A stretch of 64,000 nucleotides of DNA from an uncultured Clostridium sp. (GTDB taxonomy: Bacteria; Bacillota; Clostridia; TANB77; CAG-508): contig CANSMW010000003.1 in the NCBI GenBank assembly GCA_947648215.1, positions 56,256-120,255 on the forward strand, written 5' to 3'. Positions 41,411 to 52,878 of this stretch are shown one piece after another. Position numbers and translations under genes: made by a program. The notes under the pieces are model-generated. The model did no database searches. It was not told the DNA's origin and was given only the letters and a program-made list of their open reading frames with translations. The first letter of the stretch is position 1. Every line of letters starts with the position of its first letter.

Positions 41411-42765
41411 TGTCTATTCCTCTTTTCCGTAATATTTCCTTTTCAATAAAAGAGGTATCAAAATTTCCTCTAATAAAGTTTGGATTTCGAATAATCGTAA
41501 ATAAAAAGTCTCGATTGGTAGAAACACCATCAATAACGAGTTCTTCTAACGCACGTTTCATTTTCGCAATTGCCTCATTTCTCGTGGTTCCATGGGTAAT
41601 TAGTTTGGCTATCATCGAGTCGTAATGTGGTGGTATGGTATAACCACTATAAATAGCTGTGTCGATACGAATTCCATTTCCCCCTGGTAGGTTAATTTCG
41701 GAAATGGTACCTGGTGATGGCATAAAGTTTTTGCTTGGGTTTTCGGCATTAATTCGACATTCAATCGCATGACCACGAAATTCGATATCTTTTTGTTTGA
41801 ATTGTAGTTCTTCTCCACCTGCTACTTTAATTTGTGCTTTTACTAAATCAATTCCAGTTCGCATTTCTGTAATGGGATGTTCTACTTGAATACGAGTATT
41901 CATTTCCATGAAGTAGAAGTTTTTATCTGCATCTACTAAGAATTCGATGGTTCCGTAAACTGGTATAGCCTGCTACTTTTGCCGCTTTTACAGCAGCATT
42001 TCCCATTTTATTTCTGGTTTTATCATCAATTGCAGTAGAAGGGGTTTCTTCAATGATTTTTTGGTGTTTTCGTTGAATGGAGCAATCTCTTTCGCCTAGA
42101 TGTACAACGTTTCCCTGTTCATCGGCTAGTATTTGAATTTCTACATGTCTTGGGTTTTTAATGAATTTTTCTAAATAGATTTCATCATCATTAAAAGAAT
42201 TTTTGGCTTCTTGTTTAACAATATTATAATTTTCTTCTAATTCTCGTGCATTATTTGCAATACGAATTCCTTTTCCGCCACCACCAGCAGCAGCTTTTAG
42301 CATAACAGGATAACCAATTGTTTGTGCTATGGCAATAGCGTCTTTTAATCCTCGAACACTTCCATTAGAACCGGGAATAACAGGAACACCAGCTTCTTTC
42401 ATTAATTGTTTGCTATTGGATTTATTTCCGAGTAAATCAATTACTGTTGCGGTTGGTCCAATAAATTTGATGTTGGATTCTTCACAGATTTTGGCAAAAC
42501 TAGCATTTTCAGATAAAAAGCCAAAGCCAGGATGAATGCTATCTGCACCAGTAATACAAGCAGCTTCAATAATGTTTTTTACATTCAAATAACTTTTTGA
42601 AGATGCTGCAGGTCCAATGCAAATGGCTTCATCAGCAAGACGAGTATGTAGTGCATTTTTGTCTGCTTCGGAATACACGGCGACGGTTCGTATGTTCATT
42701 TCTTTACAAGCTCGAATAATACGCACTGCAATTTCTCCACGGTTTGCAATTAAGATTTTGTTCAT
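41400..42765 (-). CDS. accC: biotin carboxylase, frame interrupted by 1-nt insertion at 41955
   Basis: ATP-grasp biotin carboxylase; ...AGYTS then ttaCgga; removing C gives [28 protein letters not shown]. Confidence 0.9.
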
Positions 42766-42781
42766 CGTTTTTCTCCTTCCT

Positions 42782-43204
42782 TTATACTAATGCAAAAGTA
42801 AGTTCGCCTTTTGCTGCTATTTTCCCATCAACAGTAGCAATGGCTTCTCCTATACCAATAGGTCCCTTTTTCTTTATAATCTTTACTTCTAACTTTAATC
42901 GGTCTCCTGGAACTACCATTTTCTTAAATTTCATTTTATCAATTCCACCAAACAAAGCATTCTTTCCCTTGTTTTCCTCTACACTTAAAATTGCCACAGC
43001 CCCTGTTTGAGCTAAACTTTCCGCAATTAACACCCCCGGCATAATAGGATTACCCGGAAAATGCCCTTTAAAATACCATTCCGTTTCGTCTATCGTTTTA
43101 TATGCAATTGCACTTTCTCCCGGAGTGTATTCTTCCACTTCATCTATCATCAAAAATGGTTCTCGTTGTGGAATGATTTTTTTAATTTCTTCTTTATTTA
43201 ACAT
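42782..43204 (-). CDS. fabZ: 3-hydroxyacyl-ACP dehydratase
   Basis: 140 aa hotdog fold, HFPGNPIMPGVL motif. Confidence 0.9.
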   Translation of the reverse strand: MLNKEEIKKIIPQREPFLMIDEVEEYTPGESAIAYKTIDETEWYFKGHFPGNPIMPGVLIAESLAQTGAVAILSVEENKGKNALFGGIDKMKFKKMVVPGDRLKLEVKIIKKKGPIGIGEAIATVDGKIAAKGELTFALV

Positions 43205-43550
43205 TGGTTATCTCCTTATCATTAAAATTGACATTTTATGTTGATTAGTGTATAATAAAGTTATGAAACTTTATTAACCTTAGTAGTCATATTTGACTAC
43301 ACCAGCCTTTTTGGAGGTAAAATTATGAAATACTTTCATTACTTTGTATCTTTTCAAGGTCGCCTTTTAGGCGAAACGCGTTTGTCAATGGCTGAATTCC
43401 GCTTGCAAGAAAAAATTTCTTCTTATGAAGATATTAAAGATTTAAAAGAAATAATAGAAACCAATTATTTAATGACAGATGTCATTATTATCAATTATCA
43501 GCTCATTCGTGATGAAAAGTACTAATAAGCCTGCCTCCATGGGGGCTTTT

Positions 43551-43997
43551 TTATTTTATTCTAAACAATGGTGTACCATATTCTACTGGTTCGCCGTCGT
43601 TTACTAGAATTTCTGTTATGGTTCCGTTAAATTCGGACTCGATTTCGTTCATTAGTTTCATGGCTTCTATGATACAAAGGGTATCCCCTTTTTTTACCGT
43701 TTTTCCTATTTCTACGTAACTTTCTGAGGTTGGTGATGGTTTCATATAGAAGGTTCCTACCATTGGGGAAGTTACAAGGTTTCCGTCTTCTTGTTTGGTT
43801 TCTTTTGAAGAAACAGGGATTGTGGTTTCTGTTTGTGTTTCAATTGGTTTTGTTTCAGTTTGATTTACGATAATGGTTTCGTTTTTTGCTTCTTTTTTCA
43901 TGCTAATTTTGGTTCCATCTGGGAAATCAATGTCGATTGCAGTTAATTTTGAATTCCCCATGTCTTCCATTAATTGTTTAATTTTTTCGTATTCCAT
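43551..43997 (-). CDS. accB: biotin carboxyl carrier protein
   Basis: C-terminal biotinyl domain EAMKLMNEI (biotinylated K in AMK). Confidence 0.85.
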   Translation of the reverse strand: MEYEKIKQLMEDMGNSKLTAIDIDFPDGTKISMKKEAKNETIIVNQTETKPIETQTETTIPVSSKETKQEDGNLVTSPMVGTFYMKPSPTSESYVEIGKTVKKGDTLCIIEAMKLMNEIESEFNGTITEILVNDGEPVEYGTPLFRIK

Positions 43998-44057
43998 GTT
44001 GGTTCTCCTTTCTCATTTATACTTTAAAACTCATTATTATCTACGAAGAATTTACAG

Positions 44058-44178
44058 GAAACCTCCTTTAACAAGGGAGGTGGCAAGGCAAAGCCTTGAC
44101 GGAGGGTTCTTAATGCTTCTTGGAAGAACCCCCAGTCAGCTTCGCTGACAGCCCCCTTGTTAAAGGGGCTTTTTTGTA
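44058..44178 (-). repeat. family-A structured repeat, full-length copy (inverted relative to copy at 2933-3054, same sense as local fab transcript)
   Basis: reverse complement nearly identical to 2933-3054 except hairpin 4 (caaggc-ttt-gccttg vs cagtcc-ttc-ggactg) with fully compensatory changes. Confidence 0.6.
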
Positions 44179-44210
44179 GTCCTTCGTAGTCTTAAAAAGT
44201 AATCTATTTA

Positions 44211-45449
44211 TTACATATATTTTTTTAAAATAATGCTAGCGTTTTGACCACCAAAACCTAGTGAATTTGACATGATGATGTTTAAATCTGCTTTTCTTGG
44301 GGTGTTTGGTACAATGTCTAGGTCACATTCTTCGTCTTTTTCTTTGTAATGAATGGTTGGTGGAACAAGTTTTTGTTCCATTGCTTTTGCACAAATAAGT
44401 GCTTCTACGGCTCCTGCTGCTCCTAATAGATGTCCTGTATTTCCTTTTGTAGAACTAACCATTACTTTAGCACTAGCAACATCTCCTAAAGCTTGTTTAA
44501 TGGCTTTTGTTTCGGTACTATCGTTTAAATGAGTAGAAGTTCCATGTGCGTTAATGTAGTCAATGTCTTTAGGTTCAATGTTAGCATCCTCAATGGCTCT
44601 TTTCATAGCTCTTGCACCACCTTCACCATCTGGTGATGGCGAGGTAATATGATAACCATCTGAGGTTGCTCCATAACCAATTACTTCGGCATATATGGAT
44701 GCTCCTCTTTTTTTAGCATGTTCTAGTTCTTCTAATACAATCACACCTGCTCCTTCACCCATAACAAATCCGCTTCTTTCCTTATCAAAAGGAATACTTG
44801 CTCTGGTTTTATCTTCTGCACTCGATAAAGCTTTCATATTTTCAAAACCAGCAATTCCTATTTCACAAATAGATGCTTCGGTTCCTCCTGCTAAAATAAC
44901 ATCTTCTGAACCATATTTAATGGTTCGGTAAGCTTCTCCTATTGCATGAGTTGAGGAAGCACAGGCTGAAACAATCGAAATGGATTCTCCCTTTAAACCT
45001 AATTCAATAGCAATGTTTCCAGCTGGTATATTGGTAATTATCATTGGAATAAACATAGGAGAAATACGATTATGCCCTTTTTCAAAATTAACTTCACATT
45101 GGTCTTGTAAAGTTTTTATTCCACCAATTCCAGAACTAACAAATACCCCCACTCGGTCAAAATCCGTGTTTTCCTTTGTAATACCACTATTTTCAAAGGC
45201 TTCTTTTGCAGCAATAATAGCAAATTGAGAGGAACGATCCAAACGTTTTGCTTGTTTTTGCTCAAAATAGTCTAGTGGATTATATTCCTTTACCTCTGCT
45301 ACCAATTTGGTTTTAAATGTTTCGGCATTAAATAACGAAATGTTATCAATTCCACATGTTCCATTTTCAATTCCTTTCCATGTTTCGTCTACATTTTTTC
45401 CAATTGGAGTAATGGCTCCAAGTCCAGTTATCACAACTCTTCTTTCCAT
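44211..45449 (-). CDS. fabF: 3-oxoacyl-ACP synthase II
   Basis: 412 aa KAS II, Cys-His-His triad context; upstream part of the 448-aa ORF is translation of repeat DNA. Confidence 0.9.
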   Translation of the reverse strand: MERRVVITGLGAITPIGKNVDETWKGIENGTCGIDNISLFNAETFKTKLVAEVKEYNPLDYFEQKQAKRLDRSSQFAIIAAKEAFENSGITKENTDFDRVGVFVSSGIGGIKTLQDQCEVNFEKGHNRISPMFIPMIITNIPAGNIAIELGLKGESISIVSACASSTHAIGEAYRTIKYGSEDVILAGGTEASICEIGIAGFENMKALSSAEDKTRASIPFDKERSGFVMGEGAGVIVLEELEHAKKRGASIYAEVIGYGATSDGYHITSPSPDGEGGARAMKRAIEDANIEPKDIDYINAHGTSTHLNDSTETKAIKQALGDVASAKVMVSSTKGNTGHLLGAAGAVEALICAKAMEQKLVPPTIHYKEKDEECDLDIVPNTPRKADLNIIMSNSLGFGGQNASIILKKYM

Positions 45450-45513
45450 TTTTTCATCCTTTCTTGTTTTCAGCAGGTCTTGTGTCTGCCCTTTTTTCAA
45501 AATTTTTCCCTTT

Positions 45514-45596
45514 TGGGTCGACACAAGGCCGCCCCCTACATTTATATATTGTGGCATTTCGGGTCGATGTGGGCATCGACCCCTACATTTTGATAG
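45514..45596. repeat. family-B GC-rich palindromic (REP-like) units
   Basis: gggtcgatg-tggg-catcgaccc-ctaca (9-bp stems), one full and one degenerate unit; paralogues at 56543-56619. Confidence 0.55.
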
Positions 45597-45597
45597 G

Positions 45598-46332
45598 TTA
45601 CATTAACATTCCGCCATCTACGTTGATTACTTGCCCTGTTATGTACGAACTTTCTTCGCTTGCTAGGAATTTTACAATATTGGCTACGTCTTTTGCTTCT
45701 CCCATTCGTTTTAGGGGAATGTTTTTTGCAATTTCTTCTTTGATTTCTTCTTTTAGACTGGCGGTCATGTCGGTTTGTATGAAGCCAGGAGCTACTGCGT
45801 TTACTAATATGTTTCTTGAGGCTACTTCTTTTGCTAGGCTTTTGGTAAAGCCAATGATACCTGCTTTTGAAGCAGAATAGTTTGTTTGCCCTGCATTGCC
45901 AGATATGCCAACTACAGATGAAATGTTTATAATTCTTCCGTTTCTTGCTTTCATCATAACTGGAATGACTTGTTTGGTTACATTGAAGGTTCCAATTAGG
46001 TTTACATCAATTACCTCTTCAAAATCTTCTTTTTTCATTCGCATAAGAAGCATATCTTTGGTAATTCCTGCGTTATTTACTAATACATCAATGCTTCCGT
46101 AATGGTCGACTACTTCTTTTACAAATTTTTCGCAATCTTCGTAATTGGAAACATCTCCTTGTACAGCAAAGCATTGAACGTTATTTTCTTCGATTTCTTT
46201 TTTTGTTTGTTCTAATTCATTATTTTGTGTTCGGTAATTAATGGCGATGTTATATCCTTCCTCTGCAAGGGTTAATGCAATTTGTTTACCAATACCACGT
46301 GTTCCACCAGTAATTAATGCTATTTTATTCAT
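45598..46332 (-). CDS. fabG: 3-oxoacyl-ACP reductase
   Basis: 244 aa SDR, TGGTRGIG, YSASKAG active site. Confidence 0.9.
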   Translation of the reverse strand: MNKIALITGGTRGIGKQIALTLAEEGYNIAINYRTQNNELEQTKKEIEENNVQCFAVQGDVSNYEDCEKFVKEVVDHYGSIDVLVNNAGITKDMLLMRMKKEDFEEVIDVNLIGTFNVTKQVIPVMMKARNGRIINISSVVGISGNAGQTNYSASKAGIIGFTKSLAKEVASRNILVNAVAPGFIQTDMTASLKEEIKEEIAKNIPLKRMGEAKDVANIVKFLASEESSYITGQVINVDGGMLM

Positions 46333-46359
46333 TTTTATCATCCTTTCTTTTTGCTTTTT

Positions 46360-46552
46360 CTTTGTAGCAGAACCCTCCGTCAGAGCTTCGCTCTGCCATT
46401 TCATATAAGATATCTGTAACACTCACTAACGTTCGTTAACAGCTATCTTAACTTCCCTTAACTAAAGGAGGCTTTTTAGGGTTATGCTTCTAAGACAAAG
46501 GCCCCTTTATCTAAGGGGGCTGTCGCCTTTAGGCGACTGGGGGTTCTTACAT
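46360..46552 (+). repeat. family-A repeat modules (3' half with hairpin 4 variant cagagc-ttc-gctctg, then 5' half)
   Basis: gaaccctccgtcagagcttcgctctgcca ... cttaactaaaggagg ... aaggcccctttatctaagggggctgtcgcctttaggcgactgggggttctt. Confidence 0.5.
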
Positions 46553-47483
46553 ACCCTTTATAGCCTCAATTGTATTTTTTAGGCTTTCTACATCGTTTAT
46601 ATGTAATATATTGATTTCTTTTTCGGTCGGAATTCGTTTTACAAAACCAGACAAGGTTTTTCCGGGTCCTATTTCAATAAAGGTATCGATTCCCATATTA
46701 AGCATTGTTTCCAAACCTTTTCCAAACTGCACAGGGCTTATGATGTGGTTTGCTAATATCTCTTTTATATCATCGTTTTCTTGATAGATGGTTCCATCTA
46801 GGTTTTTTATAACAGGAGTTTGGAATGAATGAAATTCTACTGTTTCTAGTTCATTTCGTAAAGCCTCTTTGCTATCAATTAGTTTTTTTGTATGGAAAGG
46901 ACCAGATGTTTTTAGTATTCTTACTTTTTTAATGCCTGCTTCTTTGGCATAGATTTCTGCCTCTTCTACTCCTTCCTTGTCACCAGAAATAACAATTTGT
47001 CCGAGGACAATTAAAATTAACTGGTACAACAAAGCCTTTTTGCACTTTTTTACAAATTTCTTCTACTTGTTCCTCTGTTACGCCAAGAAGAGCTGCCATT
47101 CTCCATTCGCCTTTTGGTGCAAGATTTTGCATATATTCTCCTCTTTTTTTCACAAGCATAATTCCCTCTTCTAAACAAAGAGCTTTACTGTAGATAAGTG
47201 CCGTATATTCTCCTAAACTAAGCCCACTCGAGCAAGTTGCTTGAATTCCCTGTTTTTCCAATACTGCAAGAAGAGCCAAACTCATTGTTAGGATACAAAT
47301 TTGGGTATATTTCGTTTCATTTAAGGTTTCTTCTTCTTCAAAACTAATTTTTTTAACATCAATTCCAGTTATTTGTTCGACTTTCTGGTAAATGTTTCTT
47401 ACTTCTTCATATGTCTCGTATAAATCTTTTCCCATACCAAGGCTTTGTGAGCCTTGCCCTGGAAATAAAAATCCAATTTTCAT
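46547..47483 (-). CDS. fabD: malonyl CoA-ACP transacylase, frame interrupted by 1-nt insertion at 47003
   Basis: GQGSQ and GLSLGEY motifs; ...VNFNCP then cctCgga; removing C gives NCPGQIVISGDKEGVE. Confidence 0.85.
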
Positions 47484-47539
47484 CTTACCTCATCTTCCTT
47501 TCTTACGTTTCCCCTTAGATTTCACCATATTTATCCTAT

Positions 47540-48134
47540 TTATATTTTTGTAACAAAAAGCTTCCTTTGTAACAATTCTTGCTCTAGCATTTCAAAAAAA
47601 CGTTTCATTACCTGATGATTATCAATTATCTTGTTAAATTCTCTATAAAGGGAAGAAGCAATTTGTTGTAATTCTTCGTTAAATGTTTCTTGATTGGTAT
47701 TAATTCCAATTCCAATTACCATATACTTTACCCTATTTCCACTCACCTTTGTTTCGACTAAAATGCCACCAATTTTTTTGTTATGATATACAATATCATT
47801 TGGTAGCTTAATCTCTAAGCTAATATCATACAATTCTTGAAAAACCTCTTTTATAAGATTTGCAATTTTTAGTGTAATCCCTTCTATTTGTTTTAAGGAA
47901 CAATCACTTCTTACAAAACAAGAAAAAGCAATGTTATTTGGTTTATCGGTATACCAAACTCTTCCATGAGTGCCGTTTTCCATGGGTTTGAGTATCGGCA
48001 ATTACCAGTGTTCCATTGGTAATGGTATTTGCTTTAATTCTTCTTAAAATTTCCAATTGTGTTGAATCAATTTGGGAATAATAATACACATCTCTTATCA
48101 AATATTTTGTTTTTAAATCGCTTTCTCGTTCCAT
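47540..48134 (-). CDS. birA: biotin-[acetyl-CoA-carboxylase] ligase, frame interrupted by 1-nt insertion at 47975
   Basis: BPL catalytic domain ...ADTQTHGK then aaaCggc; corrected reading HGKGTHGRVWYTD matches the GRGRxGRxW motif; sits upstream of fab/acc operon. Confidence 0.7.
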
Positions 48135-49846
48135 TTATTGCCTTCTTCTTTCATAATTTGACTTAAGTTCATCTCGCGTTTTATCTTATTGGTAGTCGTT
48201 TTTATTAATGGAGTAGTACTTAATAAAATTCCTCGAATTGCTTTGTATGTCGGCATAATCTGATTAATTTCCTTTATTTCATTATTAATGGCTGTATAAA
48301 TTTCTTCTTTGGTTTGTACTTTATAAACATTTTTTACAATTTCCTCATTGTACACAATTTTGGCATATATTTTGATATTTTCGGCATCTTCTGAGAGTTG
48401 TTTTCCAAACACAAACGACTCTTCAATTCCTTCAATTCGATTAATAAGATTTTCCATTTCTTCTGGGAAAATGTTTTTTCCGTTTTTTAATACAATCACA
48501 CTTTTCTTTCTACCACAAATAAAGATATATCCTTCTTCATCAATTTTGGCTAAATCTCCTGTTCGGAACCAATTACCACTCATGGCATTTCCGTGTTGCT
48601 ACTTTGTTTGCAAAATACCCTAGCATAACATTTGGTCCTTTTACCAAAAGTTCTCCTACCCCTTCACGGTTACAATCTACTACTTTTGCTTTTACACTTG
48701 GTACTGTTTTTCCGAATGGAACCTAGTTTGTAATTTTCTAAAGTTCCGCATTGCAACAACTGGAGAAGTTTCGGTTAAACCATATCCTTGTACAAGGTTT
48801 AAGCCCAATTTTCGATATCTCTCTTCAATGCTTCGTTCCAAACTTGCCGCTCCACTAATTAATAATTTTACATTTCCACCTAGCATATCATGTATCTCAG
48901 AAAATACTTTCTTCTTTTCTTCCATACTTGCATTTATGTATTCTTCTTCTTTTTTTAAGATTTCCTCTAATTTTCCTTGTTTTTCTAAATTCTTTCGGAT
49001 ACTTTTAAAAATTCTTTCATAAATAGCTGGCACAGATGCCATAACCGATACTTTGTATTCTTTCATATTTTCGGTAATATGTTTTGGCCCATCACAAAAT
49101 ACAGTTTGTGCTCCTTTATATAAAGCAAATAAGAAACCTACTGTACATTCAAATACATGATGCAATGGCAAAAAGGATAAAAAGACATCATCTGAATTAA
49201 CCTCTAAAATAGAGGCTATATCCATTAAATTAGAGCAAATATTAAAATGCGATAGTGCTACTACTTTTGAAGCAGAAGTAGTACCAGAGGTAAATAGCAT
49301 AATATTCATCTCTTTGTTATTAATTTTTGCATTAATAAATTCATCATTTCCTCTTAAAATTAAATTTCTTCCCTTATCAATTAATTCCTTCTGGGAATAA
49401 ATACCTTCTTTATGTTGGTGTAAATCCATAGAGATTAAATGCTTTAATTTCCCAATTCCTTTATATTTTATTTTTTCTAACATTTCTTCATATTTTTTGG
49501 TATAGAAAATCGCTTCTACTTCTGACCTTTTAATTAAATCGCTTAATTCATTTTCTGGTAAAGATTTATCTAGTGGAACTACCGTTCCTACTCCACAAAC
49601 AATCGATAAATACGCAATTTCCCATTCATATCGATTTTCTCCAATAACAGCAATTCTCTTTCCTTTTAGCCCCATATCGTATAATGCGGTTCCTAAGCAA
49701 TTTATCATTTCTCTTACGTCTTTATGGGTAAAGATTTGGTATTGGTCTTTTTCACTTCTAATTTTATAAGCAATTTTTTCGCCAAATTCATCTCCAGATT
49801 TTTCAAGCATATCTTTTAAATCTGTTATTTTTGTATAAGTATACAT
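48113..49846 (-). CDS. AMP-dependent synthetase/ligase (long-chain fatty-acid-CoA ligase-like), interrupted by three 1-nt insertions (48593, 48714, 48748)
   Basis: AMP-binding motifs LFTSGTTSASK, GYGLTETS, C-terminal WFRTGDL...GRKK; the three shifts each lie before gga. Confidence 0.7.
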
Positions 49847-49939
49847 ACTTCCCTCCCAATTCTATTATTTTATATCATATCTAGCAAAAAAAATATATTG
49901 TACTGACCTATCAGTATAATATATTTTTTTCTTTCATAT

Positions 49940-50519
49940 TCATAACAAAATTGGTTGAATTTGCTCTTTTTCTAAGGCATATTCTAATGTTTTTACCAAA
50001 TATTCTGGGTCAAATACTAAAGAGCGTGGTTTGGTAATTGGGTTATCTTGCCTTAAGGGAACAAAGAAGTAATTATTTCGATTTAATAAAGTTCCTATAT
50101 TGGATGCATTACCACTTAGTGCATCATTGGTCGATACAGCAATGACTAATGCATTATTATTTCTCAAATGGGATTTTGCTGCCATTGTTACAGGAGTATC
50201 TGTAATGCCATTTACTAATTTTGCAATGGTATTTCCTGTGCATGGAGCAATAATCATAATATCGGTCATTTTCTTAGGACCGAATAGGTTCGGCATCTGG
50301 AATGGTATGAATTATTTTTTTTCCTGTTATCTCTTCAATTTCTCGAATAAAATCTTGTGCTTTTCCAAATTTTGTATCTAATTCATAGGCATGAAACGAC
50401 ATAATGGGAATAACCTCGGCACCTTCATCGATAATTGCTTTTATTTTGGGAATTGTGCTTTTAAATGTACAAAAAGAACCAGTCATAGCAAAACCAACTT
50501 TTTTACCTTCTAATTTCAA
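49940..50519 (-). CDS. dpaB: dipicolinate synthase subunit B (flavoprotein), frame interrupted by 1-nt insertion at 50282
   Basis: MKLEGKKVGFAMTGSFCTF...IPDAEPI then attCggt; corrected ...GPKKMTDIMIIAPCTGNTIAKL matches SpoVFB. Confidence 0.75.
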
Positions 50520-50602
50520 AATACATAGCCTCCTTTCTTTGGACTTCTTACTAATATATTATGAAATTATGTAAATTTTGCCACATGGTTCTATTGGGAT
50601 TT

Positions 50603-51004
50603 TTATTTAATTATATTATTTATATACTCTTCTACTAATTTTAGCAATTCTTCTGCTGTTTGCATTTGAATTAGCGTATTTTCTGGATTAACAAAAAAAT
50701 CATCATCATAGTCACTATCTTCACGAACTTGACTTGCTCTTGCAATTCTTCTTCCCATGGTTTTAGGAAATTTTTCTGTATTTACATAGTTTTTATTAAA
50801 ATATGCTATAATATCTTTGTGTCGTTTAAAATCGATTGGTTCTAATGCTAAAATACTTCTTATTGCATGAAAAATTGCATAATATGCTCTATTATTAGAG
50901 GCTTTATATAGTTGTTCTCTATATAATGTTTTACAAGCTCTTAAATCTTCTTTTGCTTGTTCCAAACGATGAAGCACTAACTCATTTGATACTCTAGGAT
51001 TCAT
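50603..51004 (-). CDS. HEPN domain protein
   Basis: 133 aa; HEPN helical fold with conserved R-x4-6-H region; overlaps MNT gene by 11 nt. Confidence 0.65.
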   Translation of the reverse strand: MNPRVSNELVLHRLEQAKEDLRACKTLYREQLYKASNNRAYYAIFHAIRSILALEPIDFKRHKDIIAYFNKNYVNTEKFPKTMGRRIARASQVREDSDYDDDFFVNPENTLIQMQTAEELLKLVEEYINNIIK

Positions 51005-51344
51005 TTAGAACAACTCCTTCCCTTTGCACATTCATATAAAATGGTAATGCTTCTAGCCAATAGTTAAATTTATCAATATTTTTAATTAAAATGGATAATA
51101 TGATATCGTTTTCTAATTCAATATCATAGGCAAAATCCCATATTTTTTCACTATATTCTATAATTTCATTATCGTTTAGGTCTGTTAAAATCATTATATC
51201 AATATCAGAACTACTGTTAAAATCACCACGTGCATAGGAACCATAAAGTATAATTTTTTTTACTCTGTTTCCAAACATAGCATTTGTTTCTTTAATAAAC
51301 TTATCAATTGCCATATTTATTTTATCTGGTATCTTTTTCTTCAT
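50994..51344 (-). CDS. minimal nucleotidyltransferase (MNT) domain protein
   Basis: ILYGSYARGDFNSSSDIDIMI = Pol-beta NTase G[GS]x9-13Dx[DE] motif; HEPN/MNT pair. Confidence 0.7.
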   Translation of the reverse strand: MKKKIPDKINMAIDKFIKETNAMFGNRVKKIILYGSYARGDFNSSSDIDIMILTDLNDNEIIEYSEKIWDFAYDIELENDIILSILIKNIDKFNYWLEALPFYMNVQREGVVLNES

Positions 51345-51411
51345 GGCTAATCACCTCTTTTTACTTTATATTCCTAGTATAACACAAATCTTACGCTTTT
51401 ACCATAGTTTT

Positions 51412-52287
51412 TCATATCTTTATTAACACAATACTAATAATAATCAAAATCGCCGAAATAATTTTTCTTACTAAATTATCTTTTTCATTTAGGAATAAGT
51501 ATCCCACAATTACATTTAGCATAACTGTTAAGGCACATAATGGTGCAATGACGGTTACATTGCCTAGTTGATATGCTCGAAGTTGTACGATAATTGAAAT
51601 TGCCCAAGATAATGCAGTGGTTAGAATTGCTTTTTTGTTTCCGTTTACGAATTCTTCTTTTATTTCTGATGGTTTAATTCTTTCAAAAAGCATAATTAGA
51701 AAAGATGGTACAAGTAAGGTTAGTGCTACATAGAAAGGTAAGTTGAAATTGTCGGATATGTTTACATCTAGGAATAAGGCAATGGTAAAGGAAATATTAG
51801 CTAATATTCCTAATAATACATACTTATTCCATTCAAATTTTCCTTTTTTATAAAAGATAATCACATTGCTAATAATAATTAACATAGCACCAATAAATTT
51901 CGTTATAATAAATTCTTCTTTAAAGAACAGTAATCCTGCAAATATCATAAAGGTAGTAGATAATTGTTTTAACATGCTAAAAGTAGATGCTTCAATTCCA
52001 CTTCTTACCGTTGTATTTACTCGATCGGTAATGGCATAAAATAGAATTGATATTGCAAGCATAAGATAAATACGAATATCGGTTGGAAATTTGAATTCAA
52101 ATAATGGACATAAAAGTAATGCCGATAGTCCTGCCATCATTTGTAATAAGACGGTTAATGCCCCTGCCTTTTTTAATGTTTTTGTTGCCACTTTGAAAAA
52201 TTGCGTAAAAATGGTTGCTAAAACTAAATATAGCACCACATACAGTAGCCAATTATTAAATATTGACATATTTCTCCTCCTTTTCAT
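51412..52287 (-). CDS. DMT (EamA-like) superfamily transporter
   Basis: 10 TM, two EamA-like halves; start may be 52269. Confidence 0.45.
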   Translation of the reverse strand: MKRRRNMSIFNNWLLYVVLYLVLATIFTQFFKVATKTLKKAGALTVLLQMMAGLSALLLCPLFEFKFPTDIRIYLMLAISILFYAITDRVNTTVRSGIEASTFSMLKQLSTTFMIFAGLLFFKEEFIITKFIGAMLIIISNVIIFYKKGKFEWNKYVLLGILANISFTIALFLDVNISDNFNLPFYVALTLLVPSFLIMLFERIKPSEIKEEFVNGNKKAILTTALSWAISIIVQLRAYQLGNVTVIAPLCALTVMLNVIVGYLFLNEKDNLVRKIISAILIIISIVLIKI

Positions 52288-52338
52288 TTCATCGTTTTTT
52301 ATAGGAAATACCTTTTATTGGTATTTTCCCTCTTTTTC

Positions 52339-52878
52339 TTAATTTTTAAGCCAATCTTTTAAGATTGCCTCATAAATATCATCTCTTTTTACCATATTTT
52401 CATGTTCTACCATGTATTGAAATTCTTCTCTATTTACTAATTTTGCACTCTCAACTTCGCTTTCTTGTAAGGTAATCTGTTCCATATCAATTTTATCTAC
52501 TTTTGCAACATAAAAATCATGAATATGTTTTACAATATAATTCTCTTTTGGTCTACTTTCATGTTTGCAAGTAAAAACATATTGTAAGTTTTCCTTACAA
52601 ATATGAATTCCCACTTCTTCTTCTACTTCTCTTATAGCTGCTTCTACAGAGGTTTGCCCAGCTGATACATGTCCTGCTACGGATATATCCCATTTTCCCG
52701 GATTGGTATCTTTTGTATAAGAACGCTGTTGCATTAATATTTGATTATTATTATCAATAATCGCAACAACAATTATTCTGTGCCATAATCCATTTTTGTG
52801 AACCTCTTTTCTTGTTACCACCTCTCCTGTTTTCACACCATTTTCATCTAAAACATCAATCATTTCTTCCATTATCAT
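52339..52878 (-). CDS. NUDIX hydrolase
   Basis: GHVSAGQTSVEAAIREVEEEVGI = Nudix box. Confidence 0.7.
   Translation of the reverse strand: MIMEEMIDVLDENGVKTGEVVTRKEVHKNGLWHRIIVVAIIDNNNQILMQQRSYTKDTNPGKWDISVAGHVSAGQTSVEAAIREVEEEVGIHICKENLQYVFTCKHESRPKENYIVKHIHDFYVAKVDKIDMEQITLQESEVESAKLVNREEFQYMVEHENMVKRDDIYEAILKDWLKN

Noticed and set aside
41400-50519. Interpretation of the many split genes (accC, fabD, birA, fadD, dpaB and others) as a decaying, pseudogene-rich region
   Set aside because: The disruptions hit essential genes. All are single C insertions with identical codon-phase and strand behaviour, and each is repaired by removing one base. Random decay would give mixed indels and substitutions.
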